A stretch of DNA of 63,722 bases, counting the filler. It is 7 parts of 7 records of this genome, joined end to end, with 100 filler letters (N's around TTAATTAATTAA, not from the genome) between each part and the next. Parts side by side here need not be neighbours in the genome. Positions count along the whole stretch, not along the records: positions 51,735 to 57,711 come from SRR2962707_3684; positions 57,812 to 63,722 come from SRR2962707_3699; 5 more parts are not named here. One strand, 5' to 3'. The first letter of the stretch is position 1, and every line of letters begins with the position of its first letter. A model generated the notes under the pieces. That model worked only from the letters and a program-made list of their open reading frames with translations, ran no database searches and was not told the origin of the DNA. Shown one piece after another: positions 52,045-63,667 of this stretch. The translations under genes and the position numbers were made by a program.

Positions 52045-55000
52045 CTAGACGTCTTCAACATCGTCATCACCAAGATCGTCCACGACACATGACAGATCAC
52101 CAAATTCATCTTCAACTTCATCGTCAACGAGCTCATTCACGATGCCTAAAAGGTCGCCGAAAGCGTCGTCCCGCTCGGTTGCACTGCCTACCGGCACCGC
52201 CACACATTCTGACGGATTCCCACGGTCAACAGCGCCCTTGAACACCAAAGCTGAATTGTTGGATCTGTTTATGTCACCCCTGTCTCTTCTGTCTTCCTGT
52301 TCTTCACTGAGCTCATCTGCAATTTCACTTAAATCACCAAAGTCACCGCTAAACTCATTGTCGGGTTCCCTGTTGTTGCCCATCGTAGCACTGCTTGCTG
52401 TAACAGAGCCACCGCTCGATTCGTCATGTGCGACCCTTTCAACTACTTTGTTGGTAGCTGCGCCGAGAGAACTGGCTTCAGCTGCTTCTTTGGTTGTGTT
52501 AAGTGGAGCAAGATCCTCTTTTCGGCAAATAAACTGGGGAGGGACATCAAGAAGAAATCGCGACGGAAGCAAATTGTCACCATTTCCAAGTTGGCGGCAT
52601 GTCGACAGGGTTAAAGTTTTTCGTGCTCGTGTAAAAGCCACATAGCAGAGGCGGCGCTCCTCTTCAAGCGACCCACCAAGCAAAGCTGCTACAGCTTCCT
52701 GTCCAGTGGCGGCAGCAAATTGATTTTCTGTGTCAGAGAGTGGGAGGCAAGCCTCGTTCACGCGGATTACAAAAACGTGATCCCATTCCAATCCTTTCGC
52801 CTAAACAAGAAGAAACCATGCATCTCGTATTAGTTGAAGTAAGTATATGAAATAAAACATGCAAAAGGTTTCTATTAACATGTAACTCAAGTAGGATGCA
52901 AACCTGATGAATGGTCATGACATTGAGACCGTCTGCACAGCCTGATCCTTCGACTTCACTGCTTCGAGATTTCGTATCAATATTTGCACTTTGTCCGAAG
53001 CCTGATTTCCGCTTGATATCACCATGCTTTGCTCCGTAGCCACCACTTGCCCATCTTGCGCGACGCTGCTGCTCCTGTTGTTGCCGTTTTTCTTCAGCAA
53101 GCTTCTCTTGTTCCTGGCAAAATATTGTCCGAAGTGCAGCGTCAAATCTACGCGGACCAGTTGCAGCAATTCGAGCCCCAAACATTTTCCCTCCATCGTT
53201 AGCTTGGAGCGCAGTCATATCTTCGTCAGCCTGAGTCAAACGCTTGGCGAGCAAATCCAGCACTCCACATGACTTTGCTTTTTCATGAGAAGACTTTCGC
53301 GCCTTGCCTGCAACAAATTCGTCGTAGGCAACGGCGGTTACTAGCGTCCGTACCATGTCTCCTAAAGGCGGCATAAAAAATGAACACAAACAGTATGTCA
53401 AATAAACCGCGACAGTTCATACAAGAGGCGAAATCAATGCAGTCCTGCGACGGGTGCCATCAGTACTTGAAAAAGCCAACAGTCTGTAGAGGGACGCACC
53501 AACATTGGAATGATCTCGTAGAGCATTTCGTAGCTTGACAAAGCGCTGGTGTAACCCCACAAGTTCAGGCATTTTAATCTTCACGGCGTCAGGTATTCTC
53601 GGGGCGTCATTACCTGTGGCGATACGTTCCAAGAGTTCTAGCGTGGAAAGCCTTGTTCCTCTTTCTGAGTCCAGGCCGTGCGCAAGACTTTGAAGCTCGC
53701 TGATTACTTTCTTTGATACCCCAGACGGAGGTCGGCAGTACACCTGTCAAATCAGAGATTGTCAAGACACGATGCGTAAAGAGAATTCGATTCAACTTAT
53801 CACGCCATGATCACACCACGTCGATGCCACCGCGAGTGAACAGCAGAAACATGCGATGAAGCAACGTCGTCATTGGGTTTCGCGGGAGATGTCAAGCAAA
53901 CGGACCCTGAGCAAAGCATCATTGACTTGGCCCCGAGATTTAATAGGCGCATTCAAGATATCAAAATAAGCAACGATATCTTTTGCCTCGGAACTTTCCA
54001 ATACTTGTCGAAACCCTGAAGTGTCTTTCTCACGCACAGGCAACCCGCGTTTCTTGAAGAAGGCTACTGCATCGCGAACAAGAGCATTCGTCCGCGCCAG
54101 TACACATATTGATGACAATGGGGGCTTCGGCAAGACTTGATGGGCCACGGATGCCGCCACGCGATTGGGATTGGTTTCAACTGCGGGTGATTGTGCGCCA
54201 TTCCACAAAGCGTGAATTGCATTGAAGACTTGGAAGTACTCATGCTCAGGTTTCACACAATTTAGGAGCAAAATCTTGCGTCCTTCAACTTGATTAGATA
54301 GCGTGTTTTGATTTTCCTTCAAGCGATCAGGATTCAACTGAATCAAAGCACTGGCCTAAATGCGCCACAGTATGAAGTTAATGCCAGCGCACAAAAAATC
54401 AGGCAGGAAATTGATTCGTGCATGAGAAAGGTCCTTACAGCTGTCGATATTACTCTTGAGCATCGATAATTTTCCGACAAAAACAATTTCTTGACACCCT
54501 CGTGACCGAAATTCGTCTCAAATACCTGTGAACAATGTCATTTGGCACATAATAAGTTGTTGCATCCAACTAAAGTATGGTCCTACTTGCCGAGAGGGTC
54601 GTGTCTTTTCGTGTAACAGTATCCGCGACTGTCCGACTTCTGTTAAAAAGCACACGTCACCCGAGTTGATACTGACCTGGAAAGCGTTGACGGTACCCGC
54701 ACGCCATCCGTAGATGCACTGATCGTCATCACCACAAACGAGCACACGGCATTGATGGGTTGGTGTCCTCGGTGCACGTGACGCCGTAGGTGCTGTTGCA
54801 ATATTCCGCTTCCTGGCAGATTTGGCTTTGGATGACGACAGATTGCCACCAGATGCTAAAGCCTTCAGCAGTGTAAGCTGGACTTTGGATGTGTCTTGAA
54901 ATTCGTCACAAAGAATGAACTTGAACATCGGGAATCTAGGCAGAAAAGAACAAGCATATACGATTGCAGCCGTGAAGCAAGGAAGCAATATGAACTTCTC

Positions 55001-57285
55001 CTTTCCTGATGCAAATGCATTGCTGACAATCGAAACAACGTACCCGATTGCAGTGCATGGGTATGTCTGTAACAACCTCACCGTCAATGACACCATGTCG
55101 TCAAAGTCAATGGCGCGCATCTCAAATAAGGCCTGCAAAGTTGAACACCACACCGTACAAATCCTGGACTTTTTGAGCCAAATAATCAGAGCAAGGAATT
55201 TTCGGTTACACACAGTGGCACGAGAAAATAGCGTGGCGAACCTGCTGGTATTCATTAAAAACCAAATCGAGGAGCCGTGTTTGTATGCTGGGAACTTTAT
55301 TCACGGGCCATTGGACATTCCGCCTCTGTAAATCAGTGCTCATAAACGCCTTGACCAGGGCAATGTATGCGTTTGCAATGCCAAACGTTTTGCGTACAAC
55401 GTCCTTGATGTGCATACTTTGACGTCGAGGAGATCGTTGAGGTGATGGCGGTGCAACATGTGGCTTGCAGTCTGAACCTTTTACAGGACCTTCGATGTTG
55501 ATATGCTTGGGTGAGGATCGAAGTCGCTTCTTTGGTCCACCATCATCCTCAGCGGTTTCATTGGCAGGTATTGCGTCTAGCGCGCCGAGAATCTTTGGTT
55601 TTGTTAGCACGTACGTGGTTCATGGGCATGTGGTAAATGTGGCTGATTTGCTGAATCTATTGCTATTCACATCCTTCGCCATGCAGGAACTACCCCAATC
55701 AAGAAAAGTACCAACCTCATTATCACTGTCACTTTCAAAGTCATCAGAGGAATCACTATCCAGTTTGTACAGCGATGATGCGCGTGAGAAAGACCTGTCT
55801 CTGCAAGGTGCTTGTTGCTGTGTGGTCGGAACACTCGCAGTTGCAGAAGCATTCGCTGAAGCTTTGCTGGAGGGAGTGTCGCCGACCACCACTGCAGTCT
55901 GTTGAGGTTGCGCAGCCATTGCCAGCTTTTTAACATGCTCTTCTCTCTGGTATCTCATCCAGGCGACTTCAATGCACCTTCCACATACAGTTGTCGAAAG
56001 CACATAACTGAGGAGCTATAGGCACACTGTCGTTAATAAGGAAACGTAATTGCAACAGCGCACGAACCTTCGCAGGAGTTTGTCACGTTTGTATCCCGTG
56101 AGGACGTCTGCCTTTGTGCTCTTCCTTGATCCAGGCATACTCTTCAAAAGGTTCATCTTTTCGAGTTTACCCACATTTCGTTGAACAATTTTGTAACACA
56201 TAGCATGAAAGTTGGTCGCCAGGACCCCTTAAGAATTGCGTTCAAAGTTCAGCAGTCGAAAATAATCATATAAGTCAAACATGATCGCATTGCGGATGAG
56301 TAGGCAAACTTGTTTTTTCTTCAAAAAAAACAGCCAAAGAAAAACACCAACCGTCATTAAAAACACTTTTGATGATGCGATGCCCATAGGCAGTGCAGCT
56401 TCCTTTTCCACCATCCATGATTCGAGAACTAGAACGTGCAGTTTCATTTAAACTGCCCTCCGGAAGAATGTGAGCAATGCGCTCCTTCATTTCACGAGCA
56501 GCCTTGGTGGTGAAAGTTACTGCGAGTACCTCTTCTTCCCGCAAACCGGGTGTGTTTTGGAGGAGCCAAAGGATTCGGGCCACCAACGTACGTGATTTAC
56601 CACTGCCAGCTGGAGCCAACATCATCAAGTGTGAATCACTTGGATGGCAGGCAATAGCCCGTTGCTCTCGTGACAATTTGCGGACAAATTCACGACACAA
56701 TACTTGGCCGCGCTTCTTCTTGGACGCAGGCGTTGAGCGGTGACGCTTTGAACGGTTGTCTTGCTGAGATTGCGCACCCTGGGCTTTTGACATGAAACGG
56801 TCCCAAGAAGCCCCCTGCGACGAATGCGCTGATCCGCGCGACAGTAGAGCTGAGAGAGGGAGGTGTGGACTTCGACCGGCAGATTGTCCTTGGGGGGGTG
56901 CTCTTCGTTGAAACCTTGGAGTTGATAAAGCCTGGGGCGCTGCAGAGGGAATAGGTTGCCTCGAAACAACCCTGTCCCTATTTCGGTTTGCATTGAAAAT
57001 GGAAGACGCTGCTGCTACCGATCGAATCGAATGGCCAGTGGGTGTTGTGCTGCCGTGTGAAGCAATACGGATTGCAAGCCCAGGGTTGTAGGGGAGGCTG
57101 CGGTGCCGACTGGGCGTTACCGTTGACGGTGTGCCGTGCTGCGCTTCTCGTCCACCTTTGTCCCTGGAAACGGCGTTCAGTTTCGAAGGGCATGGTGCCG
57201 AAAAGCGAGGGACAAGAGCGAGCAATTGAGTAGCAGCGCTAAGATGTGGTCCCAGCTTTCGACCTCTACGCGAAGAGTCGTCCAT
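52045..57285 (-). CDS. Eukaryotic UvrD/Rep/Srs2-like SF1A DNA helicase, multi-exon
   Basis: Motifs in order: LSREQ, APAGSGKS, VTFTTKAAREM, NFHA, DFDDM, DEFQD, GDDDQCIYGWR, ENYR, VLARTN, TIHQ|AKGLEW (intron 52801-52903), EEERRLCYVAFTRA. Confidence 0.9.
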
Positions 57286-57711
57286 TGAGCCCTTCCACGA
57301 CAGACTACATGCACACCTGCCGCCACCAATTCGAGCGAAACCCTGCGAAACGTTCTAACTCGACACGCATTGTTGACCAATCTCAGAATGATTCGGTCCA
57401 ACTTAATAAAAAAGAAAACAAAACAAAACGAAAAAAACAAAGCCTCCCCACACAGAAATCCCAGCGAATATGCTCCTCGCACAATTTCACGGCAGGAGAC
57501 CAATGCGAGGCATCCCACTTCCACCTCAACGAACTCTCCGGCACCAGCGGGAAGAAGGAGGACCTTCCACGAGAGTCAAAGCTTCGTAACAGGCTGCTAC
57601 AGCATCGCTGGTTTCGACGAGTCAGGTGGACAACGACGGACGAGAACAAGCAAGTGTGTGTCTGATTCAGAAGCCTTTTTCCGAGAACTTTTAGAAAGTC
57701 CATTTTAGAAA

Positions 57712-57811
57712 NNNNNNNNNNNNNNNNNNNNNNNNNNNNNNNNNNNNNNNNNNNNTTAATTAATTAANNNNNNNNNNNNNNNNNNNNNNNNNNNNNNNNN
57801 NNNNNNNNNNN
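57712..57811. other. Artificial contig spacer
   Basis: Same 100-nt linker. Confidence 0.98.
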
Positions 57812-57865
57812 TCCTTTGTTGTGGCAGTTGTAGTGGCTGCTCTTCCATGAAAGATTTCGAGGCAT

Positions 57866-60800
57866 TTGTCCGATACTCATCCCGACCCATTGTTTCCAAT
57901 CCCACGGCCCACCGGGCCTGGTCCGCCGCTTTCAAGACGTGCTAACCCTTTTGTGCGTGCAGGGTCGTTCTTAGACCGCCTCCAACCTGATCCTGTCTGT
58001 TGCTCTTGTTGCTGCTGGTGCTTGGTGTTGACGAACCCATCTCGCGACTATCGTGGTCGGGCTGCAGACTCTGAGTTCATGCCGCATGAAGAGCGTGGTA
58101 TATTTATGTCCAAGCACAGCAAGATTCCAGCGCCGTCATATGACCGCAGCGAGCGGGCTGATTTGCCTCAAACCCTTGCGCTTGCCGCACTTTCCCGCGA
58201 AATTGAGCTTGATGCGCTGGTGGGTGGTGACCTTGATTCAGCAAAGACCCTCTTTTCTTGGTTCGGCGACGAAGGCCACATTAATGGTGGCGATGGAGGA
58301 AGTTACAGTGAGGCCGCATTTGGTGGACAGTTTGACCACTTGTCTCCTGAGCTAGTCAAAGCCTATTGGCGCGATCCAGATAGTCTTTCCAGAATGTGTG
58401 TGCAGCGCATAGACCAAGAGATTGATACTCAACGTGCCACTAAAAAGAAGCGCAACGCTTCAGCTGCCTGGGGTTTCCTTTGGGGCAAACTACAAGGAAC
58501 TTGGGAATTTACAACCGACACTTGGAATGCCCTGCTTACTTCCATGAACTTTGCGAAGAAACGAGCGAAGGATTCCACACACGACAAGTTGAAGAAAGAG
58601 TGGAAGATATTGTTTGACTACGATTCAACTCCGCAAAAGCCAACAGTTAAAGCCTGGTGCACTTTGGGTGCTGTCGGTCTCGTTCAGAGCACAGATGTAG
58701 ACGAGGAGGAAGAGAATGGAGAAGACTCTACGGCGACAGAGGCTCAAGGTCACGTGGCCTTTGAGCAGAGAACAATGGAAGGCAACGAAGTGCTGTCGTT
58801 GGATCAGCAAGGCAGCTCTGACCGCCTTCGCTCCGCCGATGGGTCTCCGCTCGGTAAAATTGCCAAAGGCACTGTGTGCCGACTCTCTATTCCTCGGAGT
58901 ACTGGATCATCTGCGGGTGGGCGTGCAATGCCGCCAACTCGTGCTGTTGATGCTTATGGAAACCCTGACATAGACGACGATGCCTTTGAATGGGTGGCTG
59001 CGAACGTCGTGTCAGTTTCGCGGGCTGGTGACGCAGCGCGCGTTGCATGGCGAAAAGTCACCGTTTCAGCAAAGTACACCTTGACAGGCTTACTGCCTGG
59101 AGCTGAGCACACACTACGAGTGGTTTCTGCCGTGGCGGCCGACCACCGCGGACGTCAGGAGCAAGTCGTGGCGTTTGAAGTCCCGATCAATGATGCAGAC
59201 ACCGAAGGCAGAGCTGAAGGAACTTTCGAGACGGCTGTTTTACGATTGGAAGATTCAGCGCCCGCGGTTTCTGGCAGAAATGCTGGAGGAGACAAGTCGA
59301 CACCTGTTGCACAGCGAATAGTTGGCTTGGTGTTGGAGGTTGCCGAAGTCGAAGGCAGTGTACGGGCAGCAGGGACTGTCGTGAACTCATTCGACTCAAA
59401 AGACGGATTCAGCGACATCGTCGCCCTGATGCAAGGCATGGACGGGCCTGAGCCTGGGAATCGTCAGTACTACGAGAACCACAGCATGTTAGGACCTGCA
59501 CGAGAAGACCTGAATCTCTCACCTGCCTTGACTGACGTCGAACAAGAAAACCCAGAAGCAACCGTGAAAGATCCACGAGAAAAAGCCCGATTGCGGGCCA
59601 GAGCTCGTACCACTGCACAAGTCAGGGCTACGCTAACCGCCTTCAATCGTGCCTGGAGCACTGGCGGTCAGTTGAACGGGCCCAGTTTGCAAGTTTGCTT
59701 TCGTATTTTAATGCAAGCGACAGGGGTGCGCGTGCATCAGCTTTTTGAACTGCACACCACTCCTAATTTTGAGCGTGGTCGAGATCGACGGTGTTGCATT
59801 CTCCCTGCGGGGCCATCGATTGGCCGTGGACGGCGCGGAGTTGCCTTCGCCCCGAAAGTTGCCGAGGCCCTCCTTGAGCCAAAGAGCCTCAGCACAATCG
59901 CGGATTGGCACCTCCCTCTTCAACAGCTGCTGCGTAAACCTGCCTCGAGAGTGCCGTGCAACAACCTTGCTAGCATTTTTATCTTCGTTGTCCCGTTGCT
60001 TGTGCTGGCGCTGCACGCGTGGGTCTTTGATCCGTCACATGACCTATCCATGCACGCCATCTTTGATCCGCTCGTGCATGATACAAACGTCACGGCTGCA
60101 TGCTGTGCGACATGGGATCTTGGGGCAAATGGGCCGCTTGGAGGGCTTCTTTTTGACCAGTATGCACGCTCTTATATCGGCAACACCTCTTCTGTTCAAT
60201 CAATCGGCGAGTGCTGCACCGCATGTGAGTCTTTTGTACGATCCGGCTCACCTCCGTGCGCTGCGGCTGTATTCGATGAGCAAGCTGGGACGTGTCTCTT
60301 CCACGATGCCCGAACAGTTGCTGCTGTGGCAGCAGATGCAGATCATATTGGCGAAGCAGCGGGTGGCGGGCGGCCGATTACACGGCACGGTCGGCGCCTT
60401 GCCTGGATCGTGGTTCCGCGGGGTCCTGCGTCTCGTGCACTTGACTGGCTGGTCCATCGCGTTGCGCGGATGTTGAGCATCCTGCTTGTGTTGCTGCTGT
60501 GGGTCTGGACGCTTGGCCCTGAAAAATGTCGGATGCGACGTGGCCGAACCGGGGAGGGTGGGCGCCGACCGTCCCCTTTGTCGTGTTGGCGCTTGTGGGG
60601 CGTCGGGCTGCGCGAGGCAATGAACGTAATTCCCTCCTCCACTCTGTACGTTAATGAAGAGTACGTTGATGAGGCGCTTGTGGAGCTGCTTGAAGAAGCT
60701 GAAGAACGTCGACGATGGCCCCTAACGTTTCTTGTCGTTCCTCGCAAACCTTTGACGCCAGCTCAACTCCAAGGGTTCACCAAGTCGCGCGCGATCATGT

Positions 60801-62671
60801 CTACAGAAGCAGGCAGCACGACCCTCCCGAGCGCCAGAACTGTTGGTTCGGGCAGTGAGAGAGGCAGGGACGCAGCGCCCTTAACTGCGTCGGTTGACTC
60901 AATGGCGCATTACGCCAGTGTTTTTGAAGAAGCTTTGCAATCAAACCATTTGCGTTTTGTTGGTACTCAGGCACTTGAACCTTTGTCGCAGTGGGAAATC
61001 CCGGCATTGACAGAGCTGCTGATTCTTGTCGCCGTTAAAGTGGACAGCGAACTTTGCGGTCCACCCTCTCGCGGAACGACCAGTGGTGGGAGCGTGCTGT
61101 CTTTGAAGGATCGAGGGTACGACGACGGTATTTCCTACGCACGTGGGCCGCGTTTTGCTGGTGCGGAGTGGGACCCAGTGCCGAACTGTGGAGGATCAAC
61201 CCTCGGCCCGGGGCGGAGGGGCCCACTGCGCAATGTGCACTGGTTCTTGGCAGGCTTACGCCAGCTCGGCGACTTACGGAATCTTCTTGTTGTGTGGATC
61301 GTAGTCTTGCCTCTGCCACGGTTGCTTGCAGGTTTAAACTACATTCCCATCGCTTTTGTGATGTTAGTGGGAGCGTCACTCGCGGCAACATCGCTCATTC
61401 CTCTAGTTGGAGGGGCGACCTCGCCGTCTCTCGACCTGGTCAAGTCAGCTCTATGGTTCGCAGGGCCAGCAATTGCAGCCCTCTTTTGCAGCACACAATT
61501 TCTGTGGTTCGCCGGATTGTGTCTCGTCATATGCAAGTTTCGTTCTGCGGTCGTTGCTATTGTCACGCTGGCAATCTGTGTGAATTTAGCTGTTCCGGGG
61601 TGGCGGGTTGTTTCCGAATTCGGCTCACCACCGCCTGCAGCGGTGGGACTCGATCTTAGCATCCAACAGTCATTCCACGCCGCTGTCGCTGCAGCGACTG
61701 CGAGTGTGGAGATCAATGCAACCGACAATGCAGCAGTTCCTGCATGGGCAACGAACTCTGGGGGTGCCTTCTTTGTCCCGTCCCCGTTGCAAGCAGAATG
61801 GTTGAATGCTCATGCAGTTCAGTTTGTCCCATCATTCAATGCGTTGGCTGGCAGCCAAGTGGCGCTTGACCCGACAGATCCAGAGTTAGTGTGCACCGTG
61901 CCAACGATTGACTTGGGCACCACCTCTGGCCGCGAGAGCCCGACCACCGTGAGAAATGGATGCACGGTGGATGCCTTCGCTGCGACGTTGCTAAAAACAA
62001 AGGAATCCATGCAGGGACGGCGCAGCTTGAACAGCATAGGCTGCGAGTCGTGCTACGGTGCTGAGCGAAGTGCTGATCAGTGTTGCAACACTTGCACCGA
62101 CCTGCAATCCGCCTATTCCGAACTGGGCTGGGATGCAACACTAATTTCGGGCATGGGCTCTCTTCAGTGCCGCCGGGAGCTTTTTTTCAGGGAACCCAGC
62201 GGCGCAGACACGGCAGCCAGATCCCGGGGTGGGATTTCACGCAGCACACAAGTAACTCATTTGCTGGGTTGGCGCGATCCCTTGAGGCTTGCGCCTCGCG
62301 CTGCCGCCCACATGTGGGCGAAACTTGTTCAACCTGCTTCACATCGGGCTGGTTTGTTGTTGGTGTCACCCGCTAGTGGTTTATCCGAAAACCAGGTTGC
62401 CTGGCTGGGCAATTTTATTAAAGAGTGCCATGAGTTGCGTGAACAGCCGGCGACGGCCAGTGAAGTTTGTGCGGACTCCGAATCGTGTGAATCGCCAAGT
62501 TCAGCTTTTTGTGATGTCAACCAAATTTCTGCATGGGCTGTTCGTGTCCAGGATCAAGGTGGGGACGCAAAACCACAAAGTTACTGGGACGAATCTTATG
62601 GCAGTGGCCGCGACGGAGACTTTCAAAGGGCTCTAACTGGTTTCCTCAACGGTGCGCGCTATTGCCCGTGA
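57866..62671 (+). CDS. Large eukaryotic multi-pass membrane protein with FN3-like, PAN/Apple-like and Erv46/ERGIC3-type Cys-rich modules (true start unclear)
   Basis: 4.8-kb uninterrupted frame. YTLTGLLPGAEHTLRV, ECCTAC...CAAAVFD...TCLFH, several hydrophobic helices, and CESCYGAE...CCNTCTDLQSAYSELGW...QCRRE. Confidence 0.75.
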   Translation: MSDTHPDPLFPIPRPTGPGPPLSRRANPFVRAGSFLDRLQPDPVCCSCCCWCLVLTNPSRDYRGRAADSEFMPHEERGIFMSKHSKIPAPSYDRSERADLPQTLALAALSREIELDALVGGDLDSAKTLFSWFGDEGHINGGDGGSYSEAAFGGQFDHLSPELVKAYWRDPDSLSRMCVQRIDQEIDTQRATKKKRNASAAWGFLWGKLQGTWEFTTDTWNALLTSMNFAKKRAKDSTHDKLKKEWKILFDYDSTPQKPTVKAWCTLGAVGLVQSTDVDEEEENGEDSTATEAQGHVAFEQRTMEGNEVLSLDQQGSSDRLRSADGSPLGKIAKGTVCRLSIPRSTGSSAGGRAMPPTRAVDAYGNPDIDDDAFEWVAANVVSVSRAGDAARVAWRKVTVSAKYTLTGLLPGAEHTLRVVSAVAADHRGRQEQVVAFEVPINDADTEGRAEGTFETAVLRLEDSAPAVSGRNAGGDKSTPVAQRIVGLVLEVAEVEGSVRAAGTVVNSFDSKDGFSDIVALMQGMDGPEPGNRQYYENHSMLGPAREDLNLSPALTDVEQENPEATVKDPREKARLRARARTTAQVRATLTAFNRAWSTGGQLNGPSLQVCFRILMQATGVRVHQLFELHTTPNFERGRDRRCCILPAGPSIGRGRRGVAFAPKVAEALLEPKSLSTIADWHLPLQQLLRKPASRVPCNNLASIFIFVVPLLVLALHAWVFDPSHDLSMHAIFDPLVHDTNVTAACCATWDLGANGPLGGLLFDQYARSYIGNTSSVQSIGECCTACESFVRSGSPPCAAAVFDEQAGTCLFHDARTVAAVAADADHIGEAAGGGRPITRHGRRLAWIVVPRGPASRALDWLVHRVARMLSILLVLLLWVWTLGPEKCRMRRGRTGEGGRRPSPLSCWRLWGVGLREAMNVIPSSTLYVNEEYVDEALVELLEEAEERRRWPLTFLVVPRKPLTPAQLQGFTKSRAIMSTEAGSTTLPSARTVGSGSERGRDAAPLTASVDSMAHYASVFEEALQSNHLRFVGTQALEPLSQWEIPALTELLILVAVKVDSELCGPPSRGTTSGGSVLSLKDRGYDDGISYARGPRFAGAEWDPVPNCGGSTLGPGRRGPLRNVHWFLAGLRQLGDLRNLLVVWIVVLPLPRLLAGLNYIPIAFVMLVGASLAATSLIPLVGGATSPSLDLVKSALWFAGPAIAALFCSTQFLWFAGLCLVICKFRSAVVAIVTLAICVNLAVPGWRVVSEFGSPPPAAVGLDLSIQQSFHAAVAAATASVEINATDNAAVPAWATNSGGAFFVPSPLQAEWLNAHAVQFVPSFNALAGSQVALDPTDPELVCTVPTIDLGTTSGRESPTTVRNGCTVDAFAATLLKTKESMQGRRSLNSIGCESCYGAERSADQCCNTCTDLQSAYSELGWDATLISGMGSLQCRRELFFREPSGADTAARSRGGISRSTQVTHLLGWRDPLRLAPRAAAHMWAKLVQPASHRAGLLLVSPASGLSENQVAWLGNFIKECHELREQPATASEVCADSESCESPSSAFCDVNQISAWAVRVQDQGGDAKPQSYWDESYGSGRDGDFQRALTGFLNGARYCP

Positions 62672-63372
62672 TGTGTTTGGCAATAAGAGAAAATGATGGT
62701 GCCAGTACCAAACCGTGTCTGAATTCGATTCTCTGATGAAATAACTTATCTGCGACTCACTGCATGTATTTGCTGTTGTGTAGATGCCCTTCCTTGTGAA
62801 AATTTACCTGCAGATAACTGCACAGACTGGGCTGCGTTCGTTGCATCTCGACCCCTCTGGCTCTTTGGTGTTCGGTATGTTATTGAACGCCAGGTGTCAA
62901 GTCCCATTCTTTGCAAAGGCCTGAGGATTCGGTGAGCGTGACGCCTAATTTGTTTATTTGCTTTTGTTTTTGCAGTTCTGACGATGCGCAGGCAAGGGCG
63001 GCAATCGACCAACTCAGGATTGTTGAGCGCGTTGTATACTTATGAAAGGAACGCCTGCTTTACAGCGCGCTTCCACGCCACCTCATGAGCGAGCGTTTTC
63101 AGTTGTTGTTATTTGTAAAAAAAAAGAACAGAAAAAAAAATGATTACGTGCTATTCTGCATGCCAGGAGGCCTATCATGCCGCAGCATTCTCAGCGCTGC
63201 TCCACTTTTTTGGTCTTTTTGGTGTTGCTCTCCACTGCCAGCCGCAGCGACAGCTGTGATGTCATCAGGCGCCACAGCACATGCGTGCAGGCCTAAGTGT
63301 CAAACGATAAGGAGGGTTCACGAGTTGTGCTAAAAAAACCTCACAGTTACATTCAGTCCAGGTCCGTCCGCG

Positions 63373-63565
63373 CAGGCTGTAGAAAATACATTGTATTTTA
63401 TTGTATACTTTGACGACCGCTTAGCGTACTCATTCAGTCATTGAAACAAAGTACACCCACGCCACAAACAAGAATTATCACCACACAGAGCTGCCTTCTG
63501 AATAAGATATTAATGGGAAACATTCACAAGGCAGGCTCCTCCATAACAGGCGAATCGCAAAAGCC
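63373..63565 (-). mobile_element. Dispersed repeat copy C
   Basis: TTAGCGTACTCATTCA (63421), CAGAGCTGCCTTCTGAAT (63486), GAAACATTCA and AGGCGAATCGCAAAAGCC match the reverse complement of copy B. Confidence 0.65.
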
Positions 63566-63667
63566 CAGCACATTGGAACAAGGTTCAAGGTACAAGGTGC
63601 CAGGTATAATTTGACTTTACTCATCGTATAGTTTCGTAGCGGACTACGGTCATACGTGATCGGGACT

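Noticed and set aside
52045-57285. Fragmented helicase ORFs read as a pseudogene or alternative genetic code
   Set aside because: The breaks I checked are explained by GT-AG introns that restore motifs, for example TIHQ|AKGLEW.
63641-63655. GGACTACGGTCATAC resembles the 5' end of eukaryotic 5S rRNA
   Set aside because: The similarity stops after about 14 nt, with no internal control region or remaining 5S sequence.
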